Shown: positions 47,531-58,004 of the stretch, one piece after another
Numbering within the stretch: position 1 is the stretch's first letter
Layout: every line of letters begins with the position of its first letter
DNA from: Deltaproteobacteria bacterium
GTDB taxonomy: Bacteria; Desulfobacterota; Binatia; Binatales; Binataceae
Direction: 5' to 3'
NCBI GenBank assembly: GCA_003135135.1
Contig: PLDK01000003.1
Coordinates: forward strand, 1,492-65,491
DNA: 64,000 nucleotides
Translations under genes and position numbers: made by a program
Notes under the pieces: model-generated
What the model saw: only the letters and a program-made list of their open reading frames with translations
Told to the model about the DNA's origin: nothing
Databases searched by the model: none

Positions 47531-48847
47531 CTACAAGTGTCCGGTTTCGGCCATCTTCACCATCGCCTCGGTGGTGAAGAACGCTCGATCCACCGCACCC
47601 ATGTTGATGTACCAGCATTCACGCTCGGGCGTCTCGATGCCGGGCAAATAGCACATCGTTGCCTGGCTGCTCTGCACATCGGTGGAGCAGGCGCCGACGA
47701 CGAATTCTCGCTTGAAAGGATAGATAGCGATTTTCGCATCGGGCACTGGACGATCGCGATACGCGAGCCAGAAGACGTTGTTGCGGAACAGCTGGCCACG
47801 ACGATCGTAGGTATCGATGTACGGCTCGAACCACATTTCTGAATCCATGTAGATGACCGTCTTGGAATCGATCGCCTCGGCATTGTTAACGCTGCGCCGC
47901 GGCTCGGCGCTCACGATGTACATGTGGCGCATCTGCCAACGCTCGGGGCATGCGCTGCCGCCGCCGTCGGTGGCGCAGCGGACTTCCGGCGAATGCTCGG
48001 CGTCAACCGAGCCAAGCATCTCCTTCTCGCCAATGAACTTATAGTCGTACTCTTCGGTCTTGGGATTGAAACCCGAATAGTGATCGGGGCTAAAGGTCTG
48101 CGTGCCGGTCGCGGTTGAATTCATCGCCTCGTTCAGACGGCGCAGGCGCCGCGTGCCGGGCTCCCAGGCCCAGGTGTCGTCGCCATGAGTCGGACTGCCG
48201 TACCGATAACGCAGCAGACTGGTGCCACGTTCATTCTGGGGCGCGAGTTCGGGACCGAGCAGGAACAACCACAGGCGGTTGGTAATCTTGAAGTCGGGAT
48301 CGACGGGCATTGGCTCGACCTCGGTTCGGCCGACGAGGTCATAACCGGCGTAGTGCCCCGTCTGATAGTACCAGAGTGCAAAGAAGGGCTTGTTGATGCC
48401 GGTGTAAACCGTGTCGCAATCGAAATATCGCAGGTCGTAGTCATCGCTCTGAATCGGACGCCACAAGGCGTTCCAAACAACCTTGGTCGCGACGTAGGGA
48501 TCGTTGGCGTCGATCAGCGGGAACGGCTGGCCGGCGACATAGCCGATGAGGCTGCGATGATCCTTCGAGAGTTGTACCTGCGACGAATATTTTTCGGTCG
48601 CGTCCTTGTACGGAGGCGGCCAATCGATGCGCGAGGTGGGGACTATCTTCATCGTCATCCCACGCTGCACCTTGTAGAACACGCCCGGCGAAACAAGATC
48701 CTTCACCTGCGACGCGTTGTCCGGAGTGATGAAGTCGCCCGGCTTGACGCCTGCCTCCCCTGGCAAGCTCAAGGCCAAAAGGGCCAACAATCCAAGGCCG
48801 CCGGCGACGACTGTTCTGCGAAACCCCGCTATCCCCAATTGCATTCG
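47531..48847 (-). CDS. Secreted DUF1329-like protein, copy B (about 90% identical to copy A)
   Basis: Near-identical protein to 45883-47196. The duplicated unit includes the promoter and terminator. Confidence 0.55.
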   Translation of the reverse strand, partial: RMQLGIAGFRRTVVAGGLGLLALLALSLPGEAGVKPGDFITPDNASQVKDLVSPGVFYKVQRGMTMKIVPTSRIDWPPPYKDATEKYSSQVQLSKDHRSLIGYVAGQPFPLIDANDPYVATKVVWNALWRPIQSDDYDLRYFDCDTVYTGINKPFFALWYYQTGHYAGYDLVGRTEVEPMPVDPDFKITNRLWLFLLGPELAPQNERGTSLLRYRYGSPTHGDDTWAWEPGTRRLRRLNEAMNSTATGTQTFSPDHYSGFNPKTEEYDYKFIGEKEMLGSVDAEHSPEVRCATDGGGSACPERWQMRHMYIVSAEPRRSVNNAEAIDSKTVIYMDSEMWFEPYIDTYDRRGQLFRNNVFWLAYRDRPVPDAKIAIYPFKREFVVGACSTDVQSSQATMCYLPGIETPERECWYINMGAVDRAFFTTEAMVKMAETGHL

Positions 48848-49151
48848 AACCTCCGTAAAAACCTTGAGCCGTTTTTCCCCGTGGCTGGATAAACTAACTG
48901 CCCGCATAGAGTTTTCAGTAATCTCTATTAGAAAAAAAGACGCGGAATGTCAATCCGCCTAATTGCAAATCAAATGAAATTATCCTGTTGCGTTCCCAGA
49001 GGCACGATTTGACGCGAGGCGATATCGCCTATTTGCCGGCAATCCGCCACTCCGATACCGGGCTGCGGCGATAGATGCCCTTATCGCGCGTCAGCATCCC
49101 GTATCGGACCATCTCGCGGCGCAGCGTCGCGCAGTCGGAAAGGAAGAAAGA

Positions 49152-49229
49152 TGGTGTCCCCGACGGGATTTGAACCCGTGTTACCGACGTGAAAGGCCGG
49201 TGTCCTAGGCCGAGCTAGACGACGGGGAC
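49152..49229 (-). tRNA. tRNA-Glu (anticodon UUC)
   Basis: The sense strand GTCCCCGTCGTCTAG...CCGGCCTTTCACGTCGG...GGTTCAAATCCCGTCGGGGACACCA is very similar to bacterial tRNA-Glu(UUC). Confidence 0.85.
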
Positions 49230-49390
49230 GTTAGGATCGAAGCCCGAAAATACGAACGCGCGCGATGCGCGCGCCTGACAGCCAAAAGTATCAGAGCCGC
49301 AAGAAGCGGAGCAAGTCATCGCGGCCAGCGGTCCAACGGCCGCAAGCGGTGGCGTTGTCTGGCGAATCGGCTACCGATAATTTCAACACG

Positions 49391-50371
49391 ATGTCCGATA
49401 CTCCCATTTTGATCGCGGGCGCCGGCGCGATTGGCTCGATCCTCGGCGGAATGCTGCATGATGCAGGGCACGACGTCACGCTGCTTGGCCGGCCAGCGCA
49501 TCTCGAGGCGATTGCACGCGGAGGCTTAAGAATTTCGGGACTGCTTGGCGATCGAATCGTCGCCGGCATGACGCTGGCCGACGATCCCGCCAGACTTGGC
49601 AGGCGCTTCGGATTAATCGTCTGCGCGGTCAAGAGTTATGACACCGAATCGATCGCGGCTGCGCTGGCCGACCGTTTGAGCGACGACGGCGCGATCGTCT
49701 CGATGCAAAATGGCCTGGGCAATATCGAGTCGTTGATCGAGAGCTTCGGACGGCGGCGCGTATTGGGCGCGCGCGTGATCTTCGGCGCGGAAATACCCAC
49801 GCCGGGCAGCGCGCACGTGACGGTTTTCGCGCAGCCGGTCGCAATCGGACCAGCGCCTGCGATTCATCGCGAGGACTCGCCGGCGCTGGCGGCGCGCGCC
49901 CGCGCGATCGCCGCAATGATCGACGCCGCCGGCGTTCCAGCGGTCAGTGTTGACGACATCATGCCCGTGCTGTGGATCAAGGTTCTCTATAACGTGGCGC
50001 TGAATCCGCTCGGCGCACTTTTGCAGCAGCATTACGGGGCGCTGGCCGGGGATCCGGACGTGAGGCCGATAATGGATCGCGCGATCGAGGAGGCATTCGC
50101 GGTCGCGCGCGCGCTCGGCATCGCCCTGCCCTTTTCGAGTGCGGCCGAATATCGAAAAGTCTTTTACGAGCAGATGATTCCGCCGACGTTCAGCCATCGG
50201 CCGACGATGCTGCACGATCTTCATATTCGTGGGCGCACCGAGATCGGCGCGCTCAACGGCAAGATCGTCGAGCTTGCCGATCGCCTGGGGCTCGGCGCGG
50301 AGACCAATCGGATACTCACTCGGCTCGTCCGAGCTGCGCAGCGCGTCACTGAAAAAAAGGAGCAACGATGA
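49391..50371 (+). CDS. panE: 2-dehydropantoate 2-reductase (ketopantoate reductase, ApbA/PanE family)
   Basis: N-terminal Rossmann motif ILIAGAGAIGSILGG. About 326 aa. The ORF N-terminal extension (from 49265) is probably not translated. Confidence 0.75.
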   Translation: MSDTPILIAGAGAIGSILGGMLHDAGHDVTLLGRPAHLEAIARGGLRISGLLGDRIVAGMTLADDPARLGRRFGLIVCAVKSYDTESIAAALADRLSDDGAIVSMQNGLGNIESLIESFGRRRVLGARVIFGAEIPTPGSAHVTVFAQPVAIGPAPAIHREDSPALAARARAIAAMIDAAGVPAVSVDDIMPVLWIKVLYNVALNPLGALLQQHYGALAGDPDVRPIMDRAIEEAFAVARALGIALPFSSAAEYRKVFYEQMIPPTFSHRPTMLHDLHIRGRTEIGALNGKIVELADRLGLGAETNRILTRLVRAAQRVTEKKEQR

Positions 50372-50844
50372 AGGCGGCGTCGATACGCCGCGCGAGCATG
50401 GATGCGATCGTCGCACAGGCTGAGCGCGAGTTCCCCTTCGAATGCTGCGGCTTCATCATCGGTGACAACGAAAACTCGGTCGAGGAAGTCCGCCCGGTCG
50501 CCAACATCCAGAACCGCATGCACGCCGAAGATGCGGCGGCGTTTCCGCGCGATGCGCGCGCGGCTTTCCTGATGGAGCCGAAGGAGCATCTGGCGGTAAT
50601 GAACGAAGTCGATCGGCGCAAGCTCGCGGTCCGCGCCGTTTACCATTCGCATCCCGATCACGACGCGTACTTTTCCGCGACCGATCGCGCGCAGGCGTGC
50701 TCATTCGATCCGCCGGCACCCGACTATCCCGGCGTCGTTTACATCGTGATGTCGATTCGCGCCGGCAAATTCGCGGGCGCAGCCGCGTTCGCCTGGGATT
50801 TCGAAAAGCACGAGTTCGCCGAGACGGAGTTAACCGTCGAATGA
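50368..50844 (+). CDS. Mov34/MPN/JAMM-family metallopeptidase
   Basis: JAMM motif E...HSHP...S..D (ECCGFIIG ... YHSHPDHDAYFSATD). Confidence 0.8.
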   Translation: MKAASIRRASMDAIVAQAEREFPFECCGFIIGDNENSVEEVRPVANIQNRMHAEDAAAFPRDARAAFLMEPKEHLAVMNEVDRRKLAVRAVYHSHPDHDAYFSATDRAQACSFDPPAPDYPGVVYIVMSIRAGKFAGAAAFAWDFEKHEFAETELTVE

Positions 50845-51045
50845 ATGCGCGCCCGTTGGCACGGGCGGCCAGGGTTAAAAAAACAGATGGAGGTGGCGTG
50901 CGGTATAAGGACTCTTCACTCTCACCTTCGTCCCTCACCCTAACAGGAAGAGGCAAGGATCCGGGTTCCTTCGCTGCGCTCAGGATGACACAAAAGAAGT
51001 TCTAACAGGGCGAAGCCCGGCCGTTGGCACGGCTGGCCAGTATGC
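50845..51045. repeat. Intergenic repeat cluster: two hairpins with the TTGGCA loop (cgcccgTTGGCAcgggcg at about 50853-50870, ggccgTTGGCAcggc at about 51019-51035), plus the gttctaacagggcgaagccc 20-mer (50999-51018) and ctcttcactctc, both shared with 780-900
   Basis: Direct sequence comparison within the window. Confidence 0.5.
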
Positions 51046-51169
51046 AGGGGCCGCGCGCGACAACGGAGCGCGGCCTTAACACTGGGTGCAGGGGTTACCC
51101 CTGCCACGGCGGGTTTCACATCAAATAAAGTGATTTCCGTTTCCCCACTGCATGCGCGGGGGGCGGGGA

Positions 51170-52486
51170 TCAGTTCTCCAACCTGGTGAATTCATCTTCC
51201 TTGCCGGCGATCTCGAGCGACATCCCGCGAGTTTCGTCGATCATCAGGCCGAACAGGATCGCAGCCGGGATTCCAATAATCGACAGCGCACCGACGACGA
51301 TCGACAGCCCGCCCATCGCGTTCGCCAGCATCGCGACCGCGGCATTGGAAATGACGGCGCCGATCGCGCCGACCAGTGCGAACCAACCGATCATGGTGCC
51401 GCGTAGCGGGGTGGGAAACAGTTCGGTCGCCGCCGCGTTGGTCGCGACGGTGCCCCCGTTGTCGCATACGTTGAACCAGAAAAACCCGCTCGCCAGCCAT
51501 ATCAACGGCCACGCGAAATGCGCCGGCGGTCCCCAAAAAAACCACAAATGTCCGGCGGTGATGAAAATGCCGAAGCCGACCACGGTCGGCACGCGGCCGA
51601 AGCGCTCGGCCGCCCACGCGCCGAGTGGAAACCCGACCAAGCCGATTCCGCCGGCGACGATCATCATCGCGCTGGCGGCGGCGGCCGACAGGCCGACCAC
51701 GGAAACCGCGTGGTAATAGCCGAAGGCGTTGGCGGCGGTGGTCGAGATTGCGACGGCCAGCGCGCATACGATCATCGTGATCGAGCGTTTGCGGTAGAGC
51801 GGCTGAAAGACGTCGTAAAAGTGCGACCTGGCGGTGAATCCCGCAGCTTCGGAGAGCTCCCATCGCTCGCTCTCGGGCAACAGCCGCGCCATCGCGGGCA
51901 GCATCGCGACGCCAGCCGCTGAAATCACGAACATCCATCGCCACGACCATCCGTAGGCCACGAAGATCGGCATGAGGAAAACGCAGAGTCCGGCTCCCAT
52001 CGAGGCCGCCAGACCGCCGAAACTTTGGCCGCGCGCGCGACGTGCGATGGGGAGCTCCTCGGAAAGCATCACGATACAGCCGGCGCCGGCGGCGCCGAGG
52101 ACCGCGTAGAGCGCGATCTGAAATGAAGTGAACGCGACAAAATTGGCCGCGAGCGCGGCCCCGATGCTGAAAACGGGAATCGCGGCCATGCACCACAGAA
52201 TCATGCGGCGGCGTCCGTGCCTGTCGATCATCCGTGAAAGCGCCAGCGCGCCCAGGGCAGAGAGCGAGATCCATGCGAACAGGCGGGCGATACCGGCGCC
52301 GTCGAGATGGAAGCTGATTGCGATCCACGGCGCCGCGACCGAGACAATCGAGGCCGCGAAGCCCTGATAGAAGAGCATCGCGACCAGCGCGATAACGGTC
52401 ACCCGCTCGCGCCGGGCGGACTGGCCGACGGCATCGAGCTGCTCGTGATTCGGGGTCGGGGCCGTCGGCGTCGCGGGATCAATCAC
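51170..52486 (-). CDS. MFS transporter
   Basis: 12 TM hydropathy pattern and an MFS signature (G..DR.GRRR). Confidence 0.8.
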   Translation of the reverse strand: MIDPATPTAPTPNHEQLDAVGQSARRERVTVIALVAMLFYQGFAASIVSVAAPWIAISFHLDGAGIARLFAWISLSALGALALSRMIDRHGRRRMILWCMAAIPVFSIGAALAANFVAFTSFQIALYAVLGAAGAGCIVMLSEELPIARRARGQSFGGLAASMGAGLCVFLMPIFVAYGWSWRWMFVISAAGVAMLPAMARLLPESERWELSEAAGFTARSHFYDVFQPLYRKRSITMIVCALAVAISTTAANAFGYYHAVSVVGLSAAAASAMMIVAGGIGLVGFPLGAWAAERFGRVPTVVGFGIFITAGHLWFFWGPPAHFAWPLIWLASGFFWFNVCDNGGTVATNAAATELFPTPLRGTMIGWFALVGAIGAVISNAAVAMLANAMGGLSIVVGALSIIGIPAAILFGLMIDETRGMSLEIAGKEDEFTRLEN

Positions 52487-52504
52487 AAATAAATTCGGGG
52501 CCCC

Positions 52505-52987
52505 TCATGCGTCGGCGACCAGCTCAAAGACGGGCGTGCGCGACGCGACGGCGCCAAACGCGGTGGCGGGCGACCCGGCGGGCACGTCGAAGAAACGCTG
52601 AACCTGGGAGGCGAAGCGATCGAGGAACGCCTTGATAATCTCGGGCTTGTCGGCATCGGCAAGCTCGCGAACGGTCAGCGATTCGCAACTGGCGCCGCGG
52701 CGCAGCACGACGCGACCGGCGGCGCGCGCGTTGCGGGCCCATGCAGTCTCGCCGCGAGCAGCCACCAGCCATCGGCGACCCTGGAATTCAAGCAGGTTGA
52801 CGGGAGTGGTGAAGGCCAACCCCGATTTTCTGCCGCGGACCTCGAGCAGGCGCATGTATCGCGGCGCGATTCCGAGCCTGACGGCGCGGCCCATCAGGCG
52901 GTTGAAGAATCGAGCGAGCGCGCTTTCCTTCTGAAAAGTCTCGGGCACGATGTGGAGGCCTCCGCGGCGAGGATATACGGCGAGCAT
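52505..52987 (-). CDS. Nitroreductase-family deazaflavin-dependent oxidoreductase (DUF385/DDN-like)
   Basis: LLEVRGRKSGLAFTTPVNLL...WLVAARGETAWARNARAAGRVVL matches the F420-dependent nitroreductase-family core. Confidence 0.65.
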   Translation of the reverse strand: MLAVYPRRGGLHIVPETFQKESALARFFNRLMGRAVRLGIAPRYMRLLEVRGRKSGLAFTTPVNLLEFQGRRWLVAARGETAWARNARAAGRVVLRRGASCESLTVRELADADKPEIIKAFLDRFASQVQRFFDVPAGSPATAFGAVASRTPVFELVADA

Positions 52988-53005
52988 ACTCAGTGCATAG
53001 GCGCT

Positions 53006-54655
53006 TTATCCAAGCAGCTGGTATTCGGGTTTGTAGGTCTGCGATCGGACGAATTGCGCGATATCCTTCGGCGCCGGCACGCGCGCCAAGCCGCGCGCGA
53101 AAATCACCTCCGCCACGCGCGCGGCAGCATATAACTCGGTCTCGAATATCGCCGACACGGGCGGATAGATGAGCCCGGCATCGAGCTGGGCCGGAGTCAC
53201 CTGCTCCGCCACCGCGCAAGCGGCAGCTATGAACATCTCATTGGTCACGCGGGTTGCGCGGGTCGCATAGACCGCCAGACCTATGGCGGGAAAGATGTAA
53301 ATGTTGTTCCCCTGTCCGGGCACAAAGGTCTTGCCGCTAAGGTGCACCGGAGGAAACGGGCTGCCGCTGGCGAAGATGGCACGGCCCTCCGACCAGCGGT
53401 AAGCCTCATCGGCCGAACATTCGGAGTGCGAGGTCGGATTGGAGCAGGCGAAGATAATCGGGCGCCGGTTGATTCGCGACATCGTTTCGATCACGCGCTG
53501 GTTGAAGGCCTTGCCAACCGTGCTGACCCCGATGATCGCGGTGGGCTTGATCGACTCGATCGCATCGACAAAATCCCTGCTCGGCGCGTGGCGATGCGCG
53601 TAAGGCTTGTGGAAATCAGCCAGGTCAGTCCGGGTTGATTCCAGCAGTCCGTTTATGTCGAACAACCACAGTCGAGCGCGCGCATCCTGGGCGGCAATCC
53701 CCTCGAGTATCAACCTTTCGGCCAACAGGCCCGAGATTCCGATCGCGGCGGAACCGGCGCCGAGGAACAGGAAGGTCTGGTCGGAGAGCTTCCCGCCGGT
53801 GGGGCGAAGCGCTCCGAGAATTCCCGCAAGCGCGACCGCCGCGGTGCCCTGGATGTCGTCGTTGAAGCAGCAAATCCGGTCGCGGTAGCGGGCAAGCAGC
53901 CGGATGGCGTCGGTGCCGGCCCAATCCTCGAACTGGACGCAGCAATTAGGGAACTCTTCCTGAACCGCGGTTATGAATTCCTCGACAAACTCATCCAACT
54001 CGGCGATTGGCGGGCGCGTCTGGCGCAAGCCCAGGTAGAGCGGGTCGCGCAGCAACGCCTCATTGTTGGTGCCACAGTCGATGAGGATGGGGAGAGAATA
54101 CTGCGGCGGCACGCCGGCGCATGCGGTATAAAGCGCGAGCTTGCCGATCGGGATTCCCATGCCGTTTGCGCCGAGATCGCCAAGCCCCAGAATTCGCTGC
54201 CCGCTGCTGACCACGATGAAGCGTACGTCGCGTTGCGGCCAATTGCGGAGAATTTCGCGGACGCGGCCCTTGCGTTTGATCGACAGGTAAAGGCCCTTGG
54301 GGCGGCGTATGATGTGGCCGAACTGCAGGCAGGCCTCGCCCACCGTCGGGGTGTAGACGAGCGGCAGGAATTGCACCGGGTCCGACATGAGCACGCAGAA
54401 GAAAAGCGTTTCGTCGGTATCCTGCAGTTGCGACAAGTAGATGTACTTTTCGAGATCGTTCGGTTTTTGCGACAACTGAAGATGCACCCGCCGAATCTGA
54501 TCTGCCTCGGAATCGATCCCTTCGGGCAAGAGGCCGTGCAGGCCCAGCGCCTCGCGCTCGGACTCAGTGAACGCGGTCGATTTATTGAATTGCGGGTCAC
54601 GCAGAAGCGCCAAGCCACGCGGTGTACCTGCCATTTTGGTTTCGCTGTCCTCCAA
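53006..54655 (-). CDS. maeA: NAD(P)-dependent malic enzyme
   Basis: About 549 aa with a malic-enzyme N-terminal domain (VYTPTVGEAC), FNDDIQGTAAV and a Rossmann GAGSAAIG. Confidence 0.9.
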   Translation of the reverse strand: MEDSETKMAGTPRGLALLRDPQFNKSTAFTESEREALGLHGLLPEGIDSEADQIRRVHLQLSQKPNDLEKYIYLSQLQDTDETLFFCVLMSDPVQFLPLVYTPTVGEACLQFGHIIRRPKGLYLSIKRKGRVREILRNWPQRDVRFIVVSSGQRILGLGDLGANGMGIPIGKLALYTACAGVPPQYSLPILIDCGTNNEALLRDPLYLGLRQTRPPIAELDEFVEEFITAVQEEFPNCCVQFEDWAGTDAIRLLARYRDRICCFNDDIQGTAAVALAGILGALRPTGGKLSDQTFLFLGAGSAAIGISGLLAERLILEGIAAQDARARLWLFDINGLLESTRTDLADFHKPYAHRHAPSRDFVDAIESIKPTAIIGVSTVGKAFNQRVIETMSRINRRPIIFACSNPTSHSECSADEAYRWSEGRAIFASGSPFPPVHLSGKTFVPGQGNNIYIFPAIGLAVYATRATRVTNEMFIAAACAVAEQVTPAQLDAGLIYPPVSAIFETELYAAARVAEVIFARGLARVPAPKDIAQFVRSQTYKPEYQLLG

Positions 54656-54906
54656 TCCTGATTTTCAGGTCCGAACCGGTGATCCGATCACCGGAAGATG
54701 TTGGTCTCGGCAAGCTCGACGCGGTCGCTGCCCGCAGCCATCCTGCGCGCCGCCCCAATCGCATTCAAGCCAGCGTGAATAAAGGCGTTTTAAGCGTAGT
54801 ATAATTTAGTAGTTTACCAGTAAAATGGAAGTCGGGGATTGCCATCCGATGTGCGCAGGATTGCATTACGCACCTGCGTTAGCATAGGAATTACGGTTCA
54901 CAAATT

Positions 54907-56742
54907 TTGCCGAGGAGCGATGAAGTGACGCCCAACCCCGACAACACAACCAATTCACCGACCGGCGGCCGCGCGTTGCGCGATTGGGTCAAGAAAGTAG
55001 CCCAGCTCACCCGGCCCGATGCCGTGGTCTGGTGCGACGGTTCCGAAGCGGAGAAAGATCGCCTCACCAAGCAGGCGGTCGCCGAGGGAATACTCATCGA
55101 GCTCAATCAGGCCAAACGGCCCGGCTGCTACCTGCATCGCTCGAACCCCAACGACGTTGCGCGCACCGAACAACTGACCTTCGTCTGCACTCCGAACAAA
55201 ATCGAGGCTGGTCCTACCAACAATTGGTCCGATCCCGCCCAGACGTACACCAAGCTGCGCGGATGGCTCAACGGCTCGATGCGCGGGCGCACGATGTACG
55301 TGGTGCCGTACGTGCTGGGCCCGCTCGGGTCGCCGTTCTCGAAGGTCGGCATCGAGCTCACCGACAGCATCTACGTCGTGCTGAACATGCGAATCATGAC
55401 GCGGATGGGCGCGGCGGTGCTCGATCAGCTCGGCGAGTCGCGCGATTTCAATCGGGGAATTCATTGCACGCTCGATTTGAATCCCGAGCGCCGGCTGATT
55501 TGTCACTTCCCGCAGGACAACACGATCATCTCGGTCGGCAGCGGCTACGGCGGCAACGCTTTGCTCAGCAAGAAATGTTTCGCGCTTCGGATCGCAAGTT
55601 CGCTCGGCCGTGACGAAGGCTGGCTCGCCGAGCACATGCTGATCCTCGGCCTGGAAAGTCCCGATGGCGAGACCACTTATGTCGCGGCCGCGTTTCCGAG
55701 CATGTGCGGCAAGACCAATCTTGCGATGCTGACGCCGCCGGCCGAGTTCAAGGGCTGGAAGGTGCACACGATTGGCGACGATATCGCGTGGCTGCAGGTC
55801 GGTCCCGACGGCGGCCTGTGGGCCGTCAATCCCGAGAACGGCTACTTCGCCGTCGCGCCCGGAAACAGCGAAAAATCGAACCTGAACGCGATGCGGATGC
55901 TCCAGCATGATTCGATCTTCACCAACGTCGCGATGACTCCCGACGGCGACGTGTGGTGGGAAGGGATGGACACGCCGGCGCCCGACGGTCTGCTCGACTG
56001 GCAGGGACGCCCGTGGAAAAAAGGCTCGCCGGACAAGGCCGCGCATCCCAACAGCCGCTTCACGACTCCGATGCGCAACAATCCCGCCTGGTCGCCGCAC
56101 GCGGACGATCCCCAGGGTGTGCCGATCTCCGCGATCATCTTCGGTGGACGGCGCGCCACAACGGTGCCGCTGGTGCTCGAATCGACGGACTGGACACACG
56201 GCGTCTTCATGGGCGCGACGATGGGTTCCGAAACGACGGCCGCGGCTGCAGGAGCGGTGGGAGTGTTGCGGCGCGATCCGATGGCGATGCTGCCGTTTTG
56301 CGGCTACAACATGGGCGATTATTTCGCTCACTGGCTCAAGATGGGGATCGCGATCAAGAAACTGCCGCGCGTCTTCATGGTCAACTGGTTTCGCAAGAGT
56401 CCCGACGGCGACTTTATCTGGCCCGGCTACGGCGAAAACCTGCGCGTGCTCAAATGGATGCTCGACCGAATCCATGGACGCGCAGGTGGCCGCCAAACGC
56501 CGGTGGGAATCGTTCCCAATCAGGCAGACCTCGATCTCAAGGGCCTCGATCTGCCCGCGAGCACCGCACGGGATGCGCTCGCCATAAATCCCGCGGAATG
56601 GAAGGCGGAGCTCGAATCCGCCGGCGAGTTTTTCGAAAAGATTGGTCCGACGATGCCGAAGGAATTGAAGGAACGTCGTCAAGCGATCCTCAAATCAATC
56701 CACGACGACGCCCCCGTTCAGCAAGTCGCCGCCGGCCGCTGA
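54907..56742 (+). CDS. pckG: Phosphoenolpyruvate carboxykinase (GTP)
   Basis: GTP-PEPCK signatures (FPSMCGKTN kinase-1a loop, GDDIAWL, WEG). About 611 aa. Confidence 0.95.
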   Translation: MPRSDEVTPNPDNTTNSPTGGRALRDWVKKVAQLTRPDAVVWCDGSEAEKDRLTKQAVAEGILIELNQAKRPGCYLHRSNPNDVARTEQLTFVCTPNKIEAGPTNNWSDPAQTYTKLRGWLNGSMRGRTMYVVPYVLGPLGSPFSKVGIELTDSIYVVLNMRIMTRMGAAVLDQLGESRDFNRGIHCTLDLNPERRLICHFPQDNTIISVGSGYGGNALLSKKCFALRIASSLGRDEGWLAEHMLILGLESPDGETTYVAAAFPSMCGKTNLAMLTPPAEFKGWKVHTIGDDIAWLQVGPDGGLWAVNPENGYFAVAPGNSEKSNLNAMRMLQHDSIFTNVAMTPDGDVWWEGMDTPAPDGLLDWQGRPWKKGSPDKAAHPNSRFTTPMRNNPAWSPHADDPQGVPISAIIFGGRRATTVPLVLESTDWTHGVFMGATMGSETTAAAAGAVGVLRRDPMAMLPFCGYNMGDYFAHWLKMGIAIKKLPRVFMVNWFRKSPDGDFIWPGYGENLRVLKWMLDRIHGRAGGRQTPVGIVPNQADLDLKGLDLPASTARDALAINPAEWKAELESAGEFFEKIGPTMPKELKERRQAILKSIHDDAPVQQVAAGR

Positions 56743-56972
56743 CAGGCCCGCAGGATACGACGCGTTTGCGCCGCACCCTCTGTCATCCTGACGACGCGAG
56801 CAACGCGAGCCGAGGAAGGATCTCGGACAGCTTCGCGCCAGCGAAGCCGGTACCGGTTTTGGAATCGCGACACCCGCGCCATCCGCTCCGCGCGGGCGTC
56901 TCGCCGGCTCGCTTCCAGCAGATCCTCGGACAGCTTCAGGTATATAGACTCCATGAGAGGTTCGCCTCGGCT

Positions 56973-58004
56973 ATGCGCAAAATATTGTGGGTGATTCCAT
57001 GCCTCGCTCTATGCTGTGGGTTCGCGTCATCGGGGTGGGCGGCGCAACCAGATTTGGCGTCAACCGATTGGTCGGTTAAATCTTCGCACAATCTGGCCAC
57101 CAACCCGCCGCCCGATGAAGCGGTATTAACCCTAGTGAAGAAGGTGAAAGACCTGGACGATCCACATCTAAGGTTGTGCTCGTCCCGCTTCGCCGACTTA
57201 CGTCATTCGGGCGATTTGTCTTTGGTGGTGTCAACAGACAGTGGGAGGTTTTGCGATGTCGAGATAATTGACAAGACCGCGTCAGGTTTCGAGGTATACG
57301 ATGTTGACAGCTCAAGCGCCCACCTTAGAGACATCAACGGAAGTGGGAGTCTCGAGTTGATCGCTGAGGTCGATTTAACCTCCTACGAAGGCGCGAGCCA
57401 CTGTCAGGCCACCTGGCCGGTGATATATGCTTGGACCGGCAATGGCTATGCTGACGTGAGCAGTCAGTATAGGGAATACTACCAGCAGCAGCTCGCGTTT
57501 CTGAAGAAAGAGATCGCCGCTAGATATTCCGCCAGTGAACAAGCGCGGGCGGCGGCTAGTCAGACGCCGGGTTCTGCGCCGACAGTGGTTCCGGCTCCGC
57601 CGGCCGAGTCGTTCTCCGAACCTGCGAAGGGCATGGGCGGCCGACGCGACGTCGCCCCTGCTGCAGCTCCGTCGCCAGCCGCTGCCTCCGCCGCCACGCC
57701 TGACCTGCGGGGCACGGACTGCATTAAAGCTGAAGCCGCGAAGATCGAACGATTCCTGGGCATCTCCCGGGACGCCGGGATGAGCGACGCGATACGATGG
57801 GCGAATAGCGATGACGTTTCGACGCGAGATTTTGCTACTGAGGTTCTGTCCGACATTGGGACTCCGGACGCGATCGTATATCTGCGGACCCTGAGCAACG
57901 ACTCGAATCCTATGGTGGCCCAGTCGGCAAAGTCCTTCCTCGCGGCCGTAGGACAAGGACCTATTCCCCATAAGATCGAACGGGAGCCGCTGGCCGATCA
58001 TTGA
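56973..58004 (+). CDS. Secreted hypothetical protein with C-terminal HEAT/PBS-like repeats and a Pro/Ala-rich linker
   Basis: Signal peptide MRKILWVIPCLALCCGFASSGWAA. It forms the real 3' third of a long out-of-frame ORF (55953-58004). Confidence 0.5.
   Translation: MRKILWVIPCLALCCGFASSGWAAQPDLASTDWSVKSSHNLATNPPPDEAVLTLVKKVKDLDDPHLRLCSSRFADLRHSGDLSLVVSTDSGRFCDVEIIDKTASGFEVYDVDSSSAHLRDINGSGSLELIAEVDLTSYEGASHCQATWPVIYAWTGNGYADVSSQYREYYQQQLAFLKKEIAARYSASEQARAAASQTPGSAPTVVPAPPAESFSEPAKGMGGRRDVAPAAAPSPAAASAATPDLRGTDCIKAEAAKIERFLGISRDAGMSDAIRWANSDDVSTRDFATEVLSDIGTPDAIVYLRTLSNDSNPMVAQSAKSFLAAVGQGPIPHKIEREPLADH

Noticed and set aside
50853-51035. TTGGCACGG motifs, considered as sigma-54 -24 elements
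   Set aside because: No appropriately spaced -12 GC element exists. The sequences form GC-rich hairpins (cgcccg/cgggcg) and are better explained as repeat or terminator structures.
51192-52328. 378-aa minus-strand ORF, Arg-rich
   Set aside because: It overlaps the MFS transporter gene (51170-52486) in a different frame. The MFS frame has the coherent TM-helix pattern.
55953-58004. 683-aa plus-strand ORF
   Set aside because: The first two-thirds overlap pckG in another frame and are Arg/Gly-rich nonsense. Only the 3' third (from the ATG at 56973 with a signal peptide) looks like a real gene.
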